DNA of 64,000 nt. It comes from Neophaeotheca triangularis (Eukaryota). Location of the stretch: assembly GCA_054600435.1 (NCBI GenBank), contig BAAIJX010000052.1:1-64000 (forward strand), written 5' to 3'. The position numbers and the translations under genes were made by a program. This document shows, one piece after another, positions 11,595-23,612 of this stretch. Below the pieces are notes generated by a model. It was given only the letters and a program-made list of their open reading frames with translations, searched no databases and was not told where the DNA came from. How positions within the stretch are numbered: the first letter of the stretch is position 1; each line of letters begins with the position of its first letter.

Positions 11595-14562
11595 GATGGC
11601 TACTGTTGCCGTAAGGCAGTAGCAATGGTAAGGAGAAACGAAGGTATATCAAGTGACGAGTGCTAGAAAGAGGGTCAAATGTCAAATGAGAGACGAGCCG
11701 GTCTAATAAAGAAGGGCGGAAGCAAGTTGAAAGAGAGGATAAAGAGGAAGGTGGATTGCAAGTCAAAAGTACAAAGCACAGCGGTCTCGAAAGAAAGAGA
11801 AAGGGAAGTAGGTAGGTAGGTTAGGGAGGCTGCGACTGAAAGGGACTAGGGCCAGGCCTACCTCCAACACGAGGCAGTAGTTCGTCGCTTGCGATGCTTG
11901 GGTGGCATGTTTAGCAAGCCACTGGTGAGGCATCTCACAGCGCTAGGGCGGCGGTAAGGTATAAGCTTTGTTCAAGGCTCGGAATAGTCTGTGAGATGGC
12001 GAGGAGCGAATACGAAACCAGCTTGACGGCCGTCGATCAGGGGGTAGGAGGTGGATTGGACGTTTTGCCGCTCGCCAAAGCTAGACCCCTGCTAGCAAGC
12101 GAAGACACAAGTTACAACAGCACGGTCAGCTCTTCCTGGCCAGTGAGACGGAGATGCGCGTGAGCTGAGATTCTTAAAGAAGAATAGTGTACTGTAGTAG
12201 TATTCTGTACTGTACTTCTCGAAGCTCGTTCGTGTTCCTCAAGCCATGCTGATGATGGTTGTTAACGTTGTCGCCAAACAGCATCACCTCACGCACGTAA
12301 TCAATGTTGGTCCACGCACTGACCAAATATTCGAGACTGATCGAGTCATTGTCGTACGCTTCCCCCCAGAAAGTAGAAAGCCTTTGCCAAGATGCATCCA
12401 ATCCCTCCATAGACGGGAGTTGGAAACTTAAACGTGTTAGGGCAACTGGCAAGACAAGACAGAAAAGACAGCGGCAGCCGGCTTCCACCGGGACAAACGG
12501 CAGACAATACTGTCAACGGTGGCTCGCAGATGCGCCTCGTGTACAGGATCAAAAATACATTTTTCAAGAGAGGACGACCACAGACGAATGTGGCTCAATA
12601 ATAATAATATATATGTCACGTCTCACAGGTCGCTTCGGCGGGTCGCCAAAAAGCCATCCATATGCATAACAGTATAAGTAATTCGCGTGGTCGACTTTCC
12701 AGCCCCCTCGTGTGCTGGGCGAGAAGCTAAAACGCAGGCAGGAAGGGGAAGCGAGAGGGCAGTTATTAGCTAGCTAGCTACATAGTAGGTACAGGTAAGT
12801 AGCCGGGTGCTGTAACATGGACATCAATGCCATTGTTGGCGTCGAAGAAATTGCTAGTCCTGCTCAAAGAACAAAGAGACGTCTTGTTCGACACGACACA
12901 CAAATAACTTCTTTGAGAAATGATAGAGAAACGTTCATCATCATAATATTATTATCATAAAAAAAGACGCCAACTTGGAGACTTATTACAGTATGTACTG
13001 TGTACCCAACTTAGCCTCCTCCGCACAAGCCTCCAGATAAAAAAGTGGTGCCAGAAATAGGCCTGCGTGCAGATTTGCGGAGAGAGAGATACTTTGGTAC
13101 TCTCGATCCCTGCAGGCTGCTAGCCACAGTAACTTAACCAGGTACTTAATAATAGACCCGTGAAGACGGATTGGCAGAAATAATAATGCCTAGGATAGTT
13201 TCTAACCGCGAGACAGTACTACTTTGAAGAGCTAAGTAAAAAGATTCTTGCCGGTTAGCCTGGCGAAATTGCAGTCGACGGGCTGAGTCTTGCCGTTCGA
13301 AGAATAATAATAATTCTAGGTATCTATCTTGTGGCTTTGTACTCTCTCCCTGATCATTCTTCTTCTTCTTGTCTACGCGATACGTAGATATGTATCCATG
13401 TCGACTTATTACTAGTCCAGCCGAGCTAGCCATGCAAAGACTTCTAAGACACTAATAGTAGTCAGTACTCATCAGACCAGCCACGGTGAATCCGGTCTTA
13501 TTATGTAGGTAGCTAGAGGTAGAGGGAGAGGTACTATACGACACACCGCCGACCGCTTCGAAGCGGCAGGCCGAGCATCCGGTCAGCGACCACGAACGTG
13601 TCGTGTCGTGTCTGTGGAGAGTCGGCGATCCAGAAGTAATGAGCCATGAGAGTTCCTGATCAACGTAACGTAACGTAACATGCGCAGCGCATCGCCGCGA
13701 AAGAGTAAAGGGGTGGACGATGGTGATGATGAAACGGCAGCGAGCCAGCACTGGATCCCGACACGCGTTGTGCCTGTGACGGTGGCCCACCTGTTCCAGC
13801 GATTGAAACAGCTTGCGCGCGCGGTTACGACAATGGAAGTGGGTTGCTGGCGATGATCTTTATTGATCTTTCAAGCAGTACATAAGTAGGTATACGCTGT
13901 GTACCTGGTACTTGTCGTATTTTACCCGGCGAAATCATCCCGCTCCTCCCTCTCCTTCTTTTTTCCAGCAGTATTCGCTTTTCTAGCGTCATGGCTGTAA
14001 TGTAGTAGTAGTAAGGCGTGAAGAATATCTGAGGTATCACCCATCTCGCGCCGCGGGAACTCGAGGCTTCGCAGTAGTGCGAAAGTCGGGCGATACTTGC
14101 TAGATACTTGACTACTACCTACATGCCCGCTCTAGACCGTGGATTTCACCGGCTCTTCACGTCACGAGGTCAGCTCTTCGCTCTCGCGCGAGGTATTCCG
14201 GTGGATTCAAAGTTATTATTATTGACTGACTTGTTGACAGCAAAGAGTGTGAGTGGCTGGCGTCTTTGCAGCTTCACCGCACCACCCCCGCTAACCATGG
14301 CTTGTTCCAACTACATGCAAGCTAGGACAGTTGGAGAAGCGAGATCCCCGTCTACAGACTCGACCTGCTCGCGTTTGAAAACGCATCTTATTGCATGCAC
14401 AAAAGGAGGTCAGCTGTTAGATACTAGCCTAATTGACTCTTGCTCTGGCTCTTCCATCTACATATATGCACGCTCGAACGCTACAGCAGACAGGAAAACC
14501 AACACGTAAACGGCATACGTCAAGATCATCCACCTATCCTCCCAGGCATAGCAGCCTCCCCC

Positions 14563-17037
14563 TTAAGCAAACTTGATAGGCATACCCTCCTGCCACGTCG
14601 TGCTCTTTGGCGCCTGCGCCCCAGCAGCAGCACCAGCAGCAGAACCCCCACCACCAACACCCGCGGGACTCTGCACACTCGCCACGGGCGGCGGGACCTG
14701 CTGTTGCAGCGGCCTGGTAGGCATAGGCGCAGGAATAGGCTCCGCTCTCCCCTGGCCGCCCATCGGCTGCTGGCTCTGCTCCTGCGCCTGCTTCTGCTGC
14801 AGCAATGAGCTCTGGTTCTGCTGCTGGATTTGCAAATTCGCCATGCTATTCGCCAAGTCCGCTTCCAGACCCTGTCCTTCCGTGCGCCGGGCGTAGACGA
14901 AGTTTCTGCATTCGTCGCGGAAGCGGGTGGTGATGTTTAGTAAATCGTTGTAGAATTTGCGGCCGGCTTCGAGGTCGCGCATCACTTGTTTGTAAGTCGT
15001 AAAGGCGTTTTCGAGGTGTTGGAGAGCTGTCTCGCGCTCTTTGGAGCTAGTGTCGCCACGTTTGGCGGTTTGGAAAGCCGTATTGGCGTCGTTGAGACGG
15101 GAAAGGAGAGTTTCTTGTTCCGATTCTTCCGTTTTGATGGCGTCTTCGTCCGTTTCGTAGTTTTGCAGGCGTTTGTCGAAAAAATTCTCGAATTGTGAGA
15201 CTACTACCGGTTGCATGGGATATTCGCGCTCGAGGCGTGCGGCTTCGCGAAGGAGACTGGGGCTGACGTCGTCGTCTTTGGCTTTGGCGCGGAGGGCTTC
15301 GATCTTTTTGCGTCGACGGGTTTCGAGGCGGGAGATTTCATTCAGGCTCGCGCGTAGGGCGTTTACTTCGCGTTCGACTTTGGCGGTCATGGTAACGCGT
15401 CTGCTGGAGGGGACGTAGTCTTCGAGGTCACGGTCCGTGCCGGATAGGAGGCGAATGAGCGATTCATTCTCTCGTAGCTTTTGCTGTACTTTTCGGTCGC
15501 TTTCGTCGGCTTGGTTGAGGTAGGTCTCAATGTCTTTGACTTGGTTGTAGAGTTTTGGCACGGCCAACTGGGAGCCTGCGCGATTCCACCGGTCTGTCCC
15601 GAATTTTCGTCTGGCTGCTTCATCTTCGCTCGCTTCTGTCCGGAGTAGATCAACTCCTTCGTGGTAGAGATTGCGGTTGTTTGCTTTGAGCTTCTCAGTG
15701 TCGCTGATGGTTGCATGGAGACGATGAACTCCGTTCGCTTGGCGTACTTCCTCTGCATGGCTTGCTAATCCTGGTGGAAGCCCTAAGGGCCTTTCCAGCG
15801 CCTGTAAAGAGCCAGGGAGATTGAGAGATGCCAATAGCTCATGACAGCGTTCCGTTAGTGCTTCCAAAGATGCGATGATCGTGTTGTTGACTAGCCTGTC
15901 TCTCCGTTCCGAGTAAATTGAGGCCGCGACATGCACCGAATATGGCACGAGTTTTGCGAACAATGCCTTGCCCAATTCTCCCCTTTCCCCCAGCATTTCC
16001 TGCGAGTTTGAGACTTCTTTTGGCACCTTACTCGAGACCATACTGGCACGATCAAGAATCTTGAGGTCCGCCTTTGGTGGTTCTGGGATGAGATATATGG
16101 TGTCATTGTCCTTTTCTGCGCGCTTGAGGTCTTCCGAGACTCTATTCTTCAAGCCATTCAAGTCGCCCAGGACAGCTTTGTTGACATACCGCGCCTCTTT
16201 CAAGGCTTCGTTGACACAATTCAAGCTGTCCCGTAACCGCGCAACCTCCTCTCCATACTTTCTCTTCTCCAAACTATCACATGCAGCTCTATACTGAGCG
16301 GCTGCCGCGAAATGGTGATGCTTCGCTTGAACATGATGTATCCACTCTGAAGTAATGCTCTCACTCTTCAATGCCCAATCCCCACTCTCCGAATATAGAT
16401 CCGAGACCTTCGCAGCCAGCTTTGCAATCGAAGCGTCTTTTAGACCATCTTTGACAGCCTTCTGCCAGAAACACTCCTGCGCCTGCGCCAACATCAAAGC
16501 CTCCAAGCACTCCAACGTGAGAACATCCATGTCTTCCGGCGGCGAGCTCGATATCTCCGGCATGATGTTTGTCTTCAAATGACTGATGACTCCAGCAGCG
16601 AAACAGAAATTACTCGCAGCAGCTTTCAGCCCATCCCCAGTAGCGCGGTTACTGCTCATAGCGATCTGACTGTACATGGCAGCCAAGTTGAACAACACAT
16701 TGGCCAACTCAAAGCGCAGACTATTCTCCGTTTGCGCTCTATTGCCGTGGTATCCAAGACACGGGTACCAGGTGAAATCGGCTCCCAAGTCGACGGGGAA
16801 CTTCCCGCCCATCCATACCAACTGCGCGGCGTAGGCTTGGATTTTGCGGACGCCGGAGCTGTGGGGTTCGAGAGAGGTAACGGCATCTTTCCTGAGGGCA
16901 TCGATGGTGGAGAGGTCGTGGGAGAAGGTGTCGGGGTGTTGATCGTACTTGGCTGAGATGTATTGTTTTATGGGGGTTGACAGGAGGAGGGGGTGGGTGC
17001 GACGGAAGGGAATTGGGAGGATGTTGTTGGTGGCCAT
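14563..17037 (-). CDS. palA: pH-response regulator PalA/Rim20 (BRO1 + V domain), 824 aa
   Basis: BRO1 motifs FTWYP, LRFELANVLFNLAAMYSQ, MLAQAQECFWQKA, AEKDNDTIYL; GRKFYNDL; typical C-terminus W...MPIKF. Confidence 0.95.
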   Translation of the reverse strand: MATNNILPIPFRRTHPLLLSTPIKQYISAKYDQHPDTFSHDLSTIDALRKDAVTSLEPHSSGVRKIQAYAAQLVWMGGKFPVDLGADFTWYPCLGYHGNRAQTENSLRFELANVLFNLAAMYSQIAMSSNRATGDGLKAAASNFCFAAGVISHLKTNIMPEISSSPPEDMDVLTLECLEALMLAQAQECFWQKAVKDGLKDASIAKLAAKVSDLYSESGDWALKSESITSEWIHHVQAKHHHFAAAAQYRAACDSLEKRKYGEEVARLRDSLNCVNEALKEARYVNKAVLGDLNGLKNRVSEDLKRAEKDNDTIYLIPEPPKADLKILDRASMVSSKVPKEVSNSQEMLGERGELGKALFAKLVPYSVHVAASIYSERRDRLVNNTIIASLEALTERCHELLASLNLPGSLQALERPLGLPPGLASHAEEVRQANGVHRLHATISDTEKLKANNRNLYHEGVDLLRTEASEDEAARRKFGTDRWNRAGSQLAVPKLYNQVKDIETYLNQADESDRKVQQKLRENESLIRLLSGTDRDLEDYVPSSRRVTMTAKVEREVNALRASLNEISRLETRRRKKIEALRAKAKDDDVSPSLLREAARLEREYPMQPVVVSQFENFFDKRLQNYETDEDAIKTEESEQETLLSRLNDANTAFQTAKRGDTSSKERETALQHLENAFTTYKQVMRDLEAGRKFYNDLLNITTRFRDECRNFVYARRTEGQGLEADLANSMANLQIQQQNQSSLLQQKQAQEQSQQPMGGQGRAEPIPAPMPTRPLQQQVPPPVASVQSPAGVGGGGSAAGAAAGAQAPKSTTWQEGMPIKFA

Positions 17038-17594
17038 GTTGGGAGGGAGAGAAGGTTGTAAACAGGACAGGACCTACTCTGCGGTGGTTGTCGAGGGTGG
17101 AGTAGGGTACCTGTTGGGGTGTAGTATCCAAGCAGTTAGGTAGAGTGTTTTGTTTTGGCGATTGCATTATGTCACAGAGTTGGAAAACCGAGGGGAAGGG
17201 TCCAGGGCAGTTTCCAGCCAGTCCCGCCGGCCGACTCACGTGCGAGAGAGACTAACGGACAAGAATAGCCCAAAACATGCTCACGGAGAACCTTTTAGAT
17301 GGGAACCGCGAATAGTAGCTGAGGGCGTTGTAGACGAAGATAATAGGTACATTAGGTAGTCATTACCCATCAGTGTACCTATACCTGCATACAAAACCGT
17401 AATTGAGAGGTGGACTTCTTCTCTTCTGTTCTCTCCTCTTCACCGACATTGAATTACCAAGCGCATCCTCCTCGACTACGTTCACCTCGAAACTTGTCCA
17501 ATCGAGAAGCTCCAACTCTCCAGGCCATACTTCTTGAAAATCGCCTTAACACGACACCCTCCGTTCACCAAGACCACTCGACTGATCAATCACC

Positions 17595-17914
17595 ATGGCC
17601 GAACACAACTACAAGTTCAACGTGACCATGACCTGCGGCGGCTGCTCCGGCGCTATCGAGCGGGTGCTCAAGAAGATGGAAGGTAGGTGTAATGAGGAAT
17701 GAGACAAGCAAGAGGAGAATCTACCATATCAAGAACCAGAATGCTCATACATTGCGTTGCAGGCGTCAAGTCTTACGACGTTTCCCTCGACACCCAGGAA
17801 GCCAAGGTTGTTACCGAGGAGAACGTCGATTACGCAGCTGTGTTGGAGAAGATCAAGAAGACGGGCAAAAAGGTCAACAGCGGGGAGGCTGACGGCGTCG
17901 CTCAGGAGGTATGA
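17595..17914 (+). CDS. ATX1: Copper chaperone Atx1, 2 exons (17595-17682, 17763-17914)
   Basis: YKFNVTMTCGGCSGAIERVL (MxCxxC) and IKKTGK. The phase-1 GT-AG intron keeps the frame. Confidence 0.95.
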
Positions 17915-18041
17915 GAGAGGCTGAGAGGGTTATTACTACTCGACATTACGGGCGTACTCGGTGTTTTTGGTAGACGTTGGAAACGAAACGCTGGCATAAC
18001 TATCAAACGGACTGTGACTTTGTTCCAGGTCCCTTCATTAC

Positions 18042-19418
18042 TCAAAACCTCGCCTCGACCTTCTGAGCAGTATCCGACAGTGCCCACTCGCTGGCCGCCG
18101 TCTTACTCCTGGTGCGAGCAACCTGGCTCTTGGTGAAGCCCTTTGCTTCAACAGCAGGGTTGTAGCCCAGGCCATTTCTCTTGCCAACCTCCTCGGTCGA
18201 CACTGGCGCCGACTCTTTCCCATCGGCACGCTTGTAGACTGTCACCACTACGGCACCTCCCAGACCAAGGTTGTGCTGCAACGCCGCCGTCGTGCCCTTG
18301 ACGAGTCGGTTGTTCGCCCAACCCCTCAAATGCCACACAAGCTCTGCGCACTGCGCGATACCAGTCGCACCGAGCGGGTGACCCTTGGAGATCAGCCCAC
18401 CAGAGGGGTTGATGACTACCTTCCCGCCGTAAGTGATGTCGCCATTCCGCACCAACTCGTGAGCCTTGCCGTGAGGTGCCAATCCCAGCGCATCGATAAC
18501 AATCATTTCATTAGCCGAAAAGCAATCATGCAATTCGCAGACCTTGACGTCCTCAACCTTGACATTTGCCTCTGCCAGAGCCGTCTTTGCTGCCGTTTTG
18601 GTCATCTCATACCCCATCAGATCAATACTGCTCCTGCTGAAAAGACTCGGCGCATCCGTCCCGAGACATTGTCCCGCAATTAGCACCGCCTGCTCCTTGA
18701 GATGCGGTCTCGCGTCCAAAAACTCTTGACTAACCAAAACCGCCGCTGCACCCCCATCACTCGTGGGGCAACACTGCAGCTTGGTCAAGGGCTCATGAAT
18801 CATGGGCGCCTTCATAATCTGCTCGTGCGTGTACTCGTCCTGAAACTGCGAGTACGGGTTGCGCTTGGAATGCTCATGATTGACGCGAGCAATCTCGGCA
18901 AAATCCTCCATCTTCGCCCCGTACTTTTCCATGTACTCGCGTCCAGCGTTTCCAAACATCTGCGCGGCACCCGGAGCGTTTGTCACGCCCCTGGTGGCTT
19001 TCATCATCTCGCCGGTAGTTGCGGTTGGGTTGGTGCGGTCGTTGAAGAAAGCCTGCAAACTCCCCGGGAACATCTTCTCAAACCCGACAACGAGCACGGC
19101 GTCCGCCATACCACCGGCAATCATCTGCCGTCCCAAATGCAAACCGGTAGATCCCGTAGAGCAGTTGTTGTTGACATTGTAGATGGGGATTTGTGTCATG
19201 CCGAACTGGTAGAAGACGCGCTGGCCGCAGGTGCTGTCGCCGTAGCAGTAGCAGGCGACGCCTTGCTCGATTTCGTCGTAGTTGACTTGAGCGTCTAGCA
19301 TGGCTTTGATGCCCGCTTCGTAGCCGAGTTCCGTGTAATCGACTTTACCGCGCGGTTTGATGAATTTCGTCATGCCGACGCCTAGGACGTAGCAGGGGCT
19401 TTTTTGTTTGGATGGCAT
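18042..19418 (-). CDS. SCP2-type thiolase (non-specific lipid-transfer protein thiolase domain), 458 aa
   Basis: NVNNNCSTGST, KLQCCPTSDG, ELHDCF, SGGLISKGHPLGATG, QHNLGLGG; C-terminal ARF resembles a PTS1 variant. Confidence 0.95.
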   Translation of the reverse strand: MPSKQKSPCYVLGVGMTKFIKPRGKVDYTELGYEAGIKAMLDAQVNYDEIEQGVACYCYGDSTCGQRVFYQFGMTQIPIYNVNNNCSTGSTGLHLGRQMIAGGMADAVLVVGFEKMFPGSLQAFFNDRTNPTATTGEMMKATRGVTNAPGAAQMFGNAGREYMEKYGAKMEDFAEIARVNHEHSKRNPYSQFQDEYTHEQIMKAPMIHEPLTKLQCCPTSDGGAAAVLVSQEFLDARPHLKEQAVLIAGQCLGTDAPSLFSRSSIDLMGYEMTKTAAKTALAEANVKVEDVKVCELHDCFSANEMIVIDALGLAPHGKAHELVRNGDITYGGKVVINPSGGLISKGHPLGATGIAQCAELVWHLRGWANNRLVKGTTAALQHNLGLGGAVVVTVYKRADGKESAPVSTEEVGKRNGLGYNPAVEAKGFTKSQVARTRSKTAASEWALSDTAQKVEARF

Positions 19419-20054
19419 GGTTGTGGGTGTTCTGGGAGGTTGTTCGGGTGAGTGTTAGTGGGTCTGGGGATAGAGATGAGAAGCTCTGGGAGGGCTGAAG
19501 AGTATCTGTTGGTCAAGATCAAAGGAAGCTAGGCTGATTGATGAGACGATCGAGAGGACCTTTACACTCACTCAACCTTTTACGCTTGGATATATAAGTA
19601 TGCGTGAGGGTGGCATGTCGCGTAGACAAGTGGCGGGGATAAAGCTCGCTCATCCGACTGCCGAGGTGAGCGGTCGAAGTTCTGTGGGGATGTGGGGAGA
19701 TGAAGTTGGGAGCAATGGAACGGCCACAGTGGCATGTGAAGCTGGCATGACTCGTCTCTATATCCGTAGGACCTCACCTCTCGAGCTCAACAGCCAACTC
19801 TGAGATGCTTCCATGTTGGGCGTCGATTGACTGGGGCTGCCACTCTCGCCACTCGCCGACAGCTCACACAGTAGTGACTGACCCGGAGGTCCAGCGACTG
19901 CTGTGGAGATTAAACACGCCTCAAGGTAGGTACTAGGTAGGTCCTGGGGAACTTTGCAACACTCGCACGTCTGAAAGAAGACGGGCGGGGGCCGCCAAAG
20001 CCTGGTACTGGTACGCCACGCGCATCCCGGTGGTTTCTGTTCGATCGCATCAAC

Positions 20055-20350
20055 AAGGATGGCTACTGGAAAAGTTTGGACTTTCTGATCGGCGAAAGAA
20101 CTTCTCCGCCATCCCTATCCTTCGTCTGTACGGTGATTATCCCACCAAGTCTAAATATTTAACATTGGTTGACCGGGTCGACCGCGGCCTACTCTTGCAT
20201 CGGGACAAGGGCAAAATGAAGCTCCGGAGTTTCATTCGCGCCCGGCGCATCAACGTCGACGTCGTAAAAGTCAAGAACGGCACAGTCTCGAAAAATAGAA
20301 CTCCGTACCCTGACCATTCCGCTTCCTCTTGTATTCGAACTTGACGCGTA
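20055..20350 (+). pseudogene. Degenerate relic resembling the N-terminus of a Dothideomycete YWK...RGLL / F-box-like protein family
   Basis: Fragments in different frames: GYWK (20061), PTKSKYLTLVDRVDRGLLLH...KLRSFIRARRI, and PFRFL (20314-20328). No intact ATG-initiated ORF. The family resemblance is from memory only. Confidence 0.3.
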
Positions 20351-20678
20351 ACTAGGCACCCCACTCTAGTCGGCTTTCTATTTGACTCGTTGGACATGGC
20401 CCATGTCAGATTTCCCAGCAGCAGGAAAGCGTACTGACGTGACTCCGCGGGTTTGTCTAGTCAATTACCACTCGGTGATCTTTGAAGCTGCGAGCGTTTG
20501 TCTACACCCCGCCCTTGTTGCCGGCCGAGAATATTTGATAAGCATTGATGAAAGGAAGGCAGATTGAAATGCTCCTACAATGACTAAAGCGAGAGCGGTC
20601 ATCATAGAATAGCTGCTCTTTCCCTCCATAGAGGTCGGCAATGCATGAGATCCTGCCTCAATCAATCGATTTACACTG

Positions 20679-22077
20679 CTATCTTAGCCTATTCACATCA
20701 TGCTTTCCATACGTCAACGGGAACCTGCCCTGTTTGTAAATCTCCCAAGCAGCCTCGACCTCCGAATGCGCATCATACCCAAACAACCATGGCTGGAACA
20801 CAGGGTCCCTCCACCGGTTAGGATACCCCTCAAAAGGCTCCTCCTCCAGCAGCTGCCTGTCCCTTTCCTCCTGTTGAGCACCGTCGTGTAAATGGAAAAT
20901 CTCCCTGTACGCTGTCGATCCCTTGACAACCTTTGTCGTTCGCTCTTTACGCAACTTTTCGTAAATCACGAGAATGTCCGGTAATTGTGCTTTATGCTCA
21001 ATCTTCTCCATCAGCGCGCCTAGCACTGCGCCGTCTTCGATTGCTTGGGCAGCACCTTGGGCTAGATATGGGAGTGTTGCGTGGCAGGCGTCGCCCATGA
21101 GAGCAAACTTGCCAGACGGATGACTCCATGACTTCATCTCTTCGCTATTTTGCAGCCGCCACTTGCTCGTGTTTTCGACGACACTGAGGAGAGCACGTAG
21201 CTTTGGGTCCCAGTTGCCGAAAAGCTCGTTCATCTCTTGCAAGTCCGCTTTGGCAGTATGTACGAGCTCTGGCAGGTTGTCCGGACACGCTATCACGAGG
21301 TTGAAAAGCTCGCCGCCCTTGAGTAGATAACCGACACCGTGGGCGTCTGGACCCATCCAATACGTGATGGCTGGGTTGTCGGCCAACTCGCGCAATTCCT
21401 CGAACTTCATCATATCTTCGCGGCTGACCGTGATGCGGTAGGCTAGGTCCCCCGTGAAATGTGGCGGATCCGGCTTCCCGAGGAGAGCCTCTCTGCATAG
21501 ACTCTTAAGCCCATCGGCACCGATCACTACGTCTGCTTCAAAGTTTGGTTGTCCTTTGATTTGCACGGCTGGCGCCTCGAAATCTATACCTGAAACTGCG
21601 GCTCCGAGGACGATGTCGACGCCTAATCGTCGGGCTTCCTCGACAAGGATGCGGTGGTAATCTGCTCGGTGGATGTGGAGGTAGGGAGCTCCAAAGCGGT
21701 CCTCGGCATAAGGGACCAAGTTCTGCTCGGAGAGTACATGACCGCGATATGAGCGAAGGGAGAATTTGCGAGGTCTGGTTGAGGCTGCTTCGATTTTGGG
21801 AAGGAGGCCCCATTCTTTGAGGACGCGGGATGAGTTGGGTGGGATTTGAATACCGGCTCCTACCTGGACAGCTTGAAATCAGTGGCGAACTCCAATTACT
21901 GTATGTCTACGACTGACTTACCTCTGCGAGCTCTGCCGCCTGTTCTAAGATAGTGACTTGATGGCCAGCTTTCGCAATACCTATGGCTGCTGCGAGACCA
22001 CCGAGACCCGCTCCTACGATGGCGACGTTATATTGTGGTTTATCGGCGGTGGTTTCCGATCCCAGTTTAATCGCCAT
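20679..22077 (-). CDS. FAD-dependent monooxygenase (salicylate hydroxylase-like), 2 exons (22077-21922, 21863-20679)
   Basis: IVGAGLGGL, E|VGAGIQIPPN, IHRAD, IGADGLKS, LMGDACHATLPYLAQGA (GxGxxG, DG and GD motifs of group A flavin monooxygenases). Confidence 0.93.
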
Positions 22078-23612
22078 GGTTGTGGCTATTGGTCTGCTTG
22101 AAAACGCCTGATAGTGCAACGTTTCGCGGCAGCACGGGAGAAAAAATCGATCGAAAATAAAGAAAGTTGCGCTCTCAGGCCTACGGATGTCACGATTGTA
22201 TGATTACAGAGGGTTTCGTTGATGATATACATAGCCTACGTGTTGTTGCCGACCACCACATCCGGGCAATTGGATGAAGGGACGACGTCTTCGGCTGTTG
22301 AAAGCGGATGGAAATCCCGACATCGCATTTCACGTGATACCGCCAGGCCTTTGACCTCCATGCTGATGTTCTTTCTGCCTGACTTTCGAAAGGATATGAG
22401 ACTTGGAGGCAGCTTGACTTGCCTTTGTGGTGTTTAAAGGGGTGCGAAGAGCAGCACGACGACCTATTTTCGATTGCAGCGCCAATACGGCTCGGAATCG
22501 AGCATGGGCCGCTTTTTCGCTTGTCTCCAACCGGTTTGGACTTCATTTCATTTCCACTTCCAACGCCACCACGACATCAAACGGGGTGCTCGTTCTATTA
22601 TGAGAATGGTTGGAAACCCGCAAAAGGATGGATCATGGACCACAGCGTCGCTGTAGGATCACAGCGATTGGCCGCGCACGCGTTGCCATCTTTAGGTCTC
22701 GACCTGTCACCACCAGGGCAATGTTTTGACAACCTTAGCCCCCTATAGTAGGCCAACCGTTACACCACCTTGGCAGAATTGTTCTTGAATCAGTCAGTCT
22801 ATGTACTGTATACTGACAATCAGAACCTACAATGCAGCCGCAACAAAGGGTTTCAGCCTCCCCACTGACAGGGGCCTCTTCCAAATACGTACATACATCA
22901 CCCCATCACTGGCAATAATAATATCAGAGCTTTGGAACGCGGCACCGCCCTCCTGGATTTTATATTATGGCTTGCCGTTGATCCACCCATCCTCCACCAT
23001 GAACCAGGAATCAAGGCAGATCAGAAGATCCCCCGTCCGAGCCATATGAACACAACTCCGAATCAGGACATACAGCTTCCGCATTCGACGTCTGCGCTGC
23101 GACTGTCGCCTTTAGATTGCATACCTCCAGCCTAGTGACAATATTGACAGCGGCTTGAACGGCCGCCCCGAGCCAAAGCTTGCGCCATAACTTCACGTTC
23201 TGCCCTGAATCAGGGAAGCATGGCAGATGTCTTGAATCATTCCAGTTACCTAGATGGTGGAAATGACGTCTCCATAGCCCGTATCAAGGTAAGGTCGAGC
23301 GCTCTAATGCATAGCACAGTATTAGAGCGTTGGCGGCGAACCTGGACAATCAAGGTAACAAGTGATGTCCATTAAACTCAGTCGTTACACAGAATATCCA
23401 TCTGCACGCCTCACCACGTGGAGTAGATCAGCAGACCGGATTGCTGGTGCAGATGTGAGACCTGCTATATTGACCCTATTTCGAGACTCAAGAGGGACAC
23501 GATGGTTGTATATCAACAGTCTCCCCGATCCACTGCGTCGGTTTCGTTGCAACCCCAATCACCCAAAAACGACTCGACGCGAATCCAACATCCTCTCTCA
23601 TCACAACAATCG

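Noticed and set aside
11816..11829. GGTTAGGG as a telomeric repeat or template
   Set aside because: A single copy embedded in a GTAG micro-repeat in the tyrosinase promoter; chance level.
12174..12410. 78-aa ATG ORF (MEGLDASW...)
   Set aside because: Short, no codon bias or motif; cannot be distinguished from chance.
17118..17130. GTGTAGTATC resembling the U2 snRNA branch-pairing region
   Set aside because: Flanking U2 stems and the Sm site are absent; it lies in the palA leader.
9474..22077. Tyrosinase + ATX1 + thiolase + FAD monooxygenase as a metabolic or copper cluster
   Set aside because: No backbone synthase, transporter or cluster regulator; interrupted by housekeeping palA. Proximity alone is insufficient.
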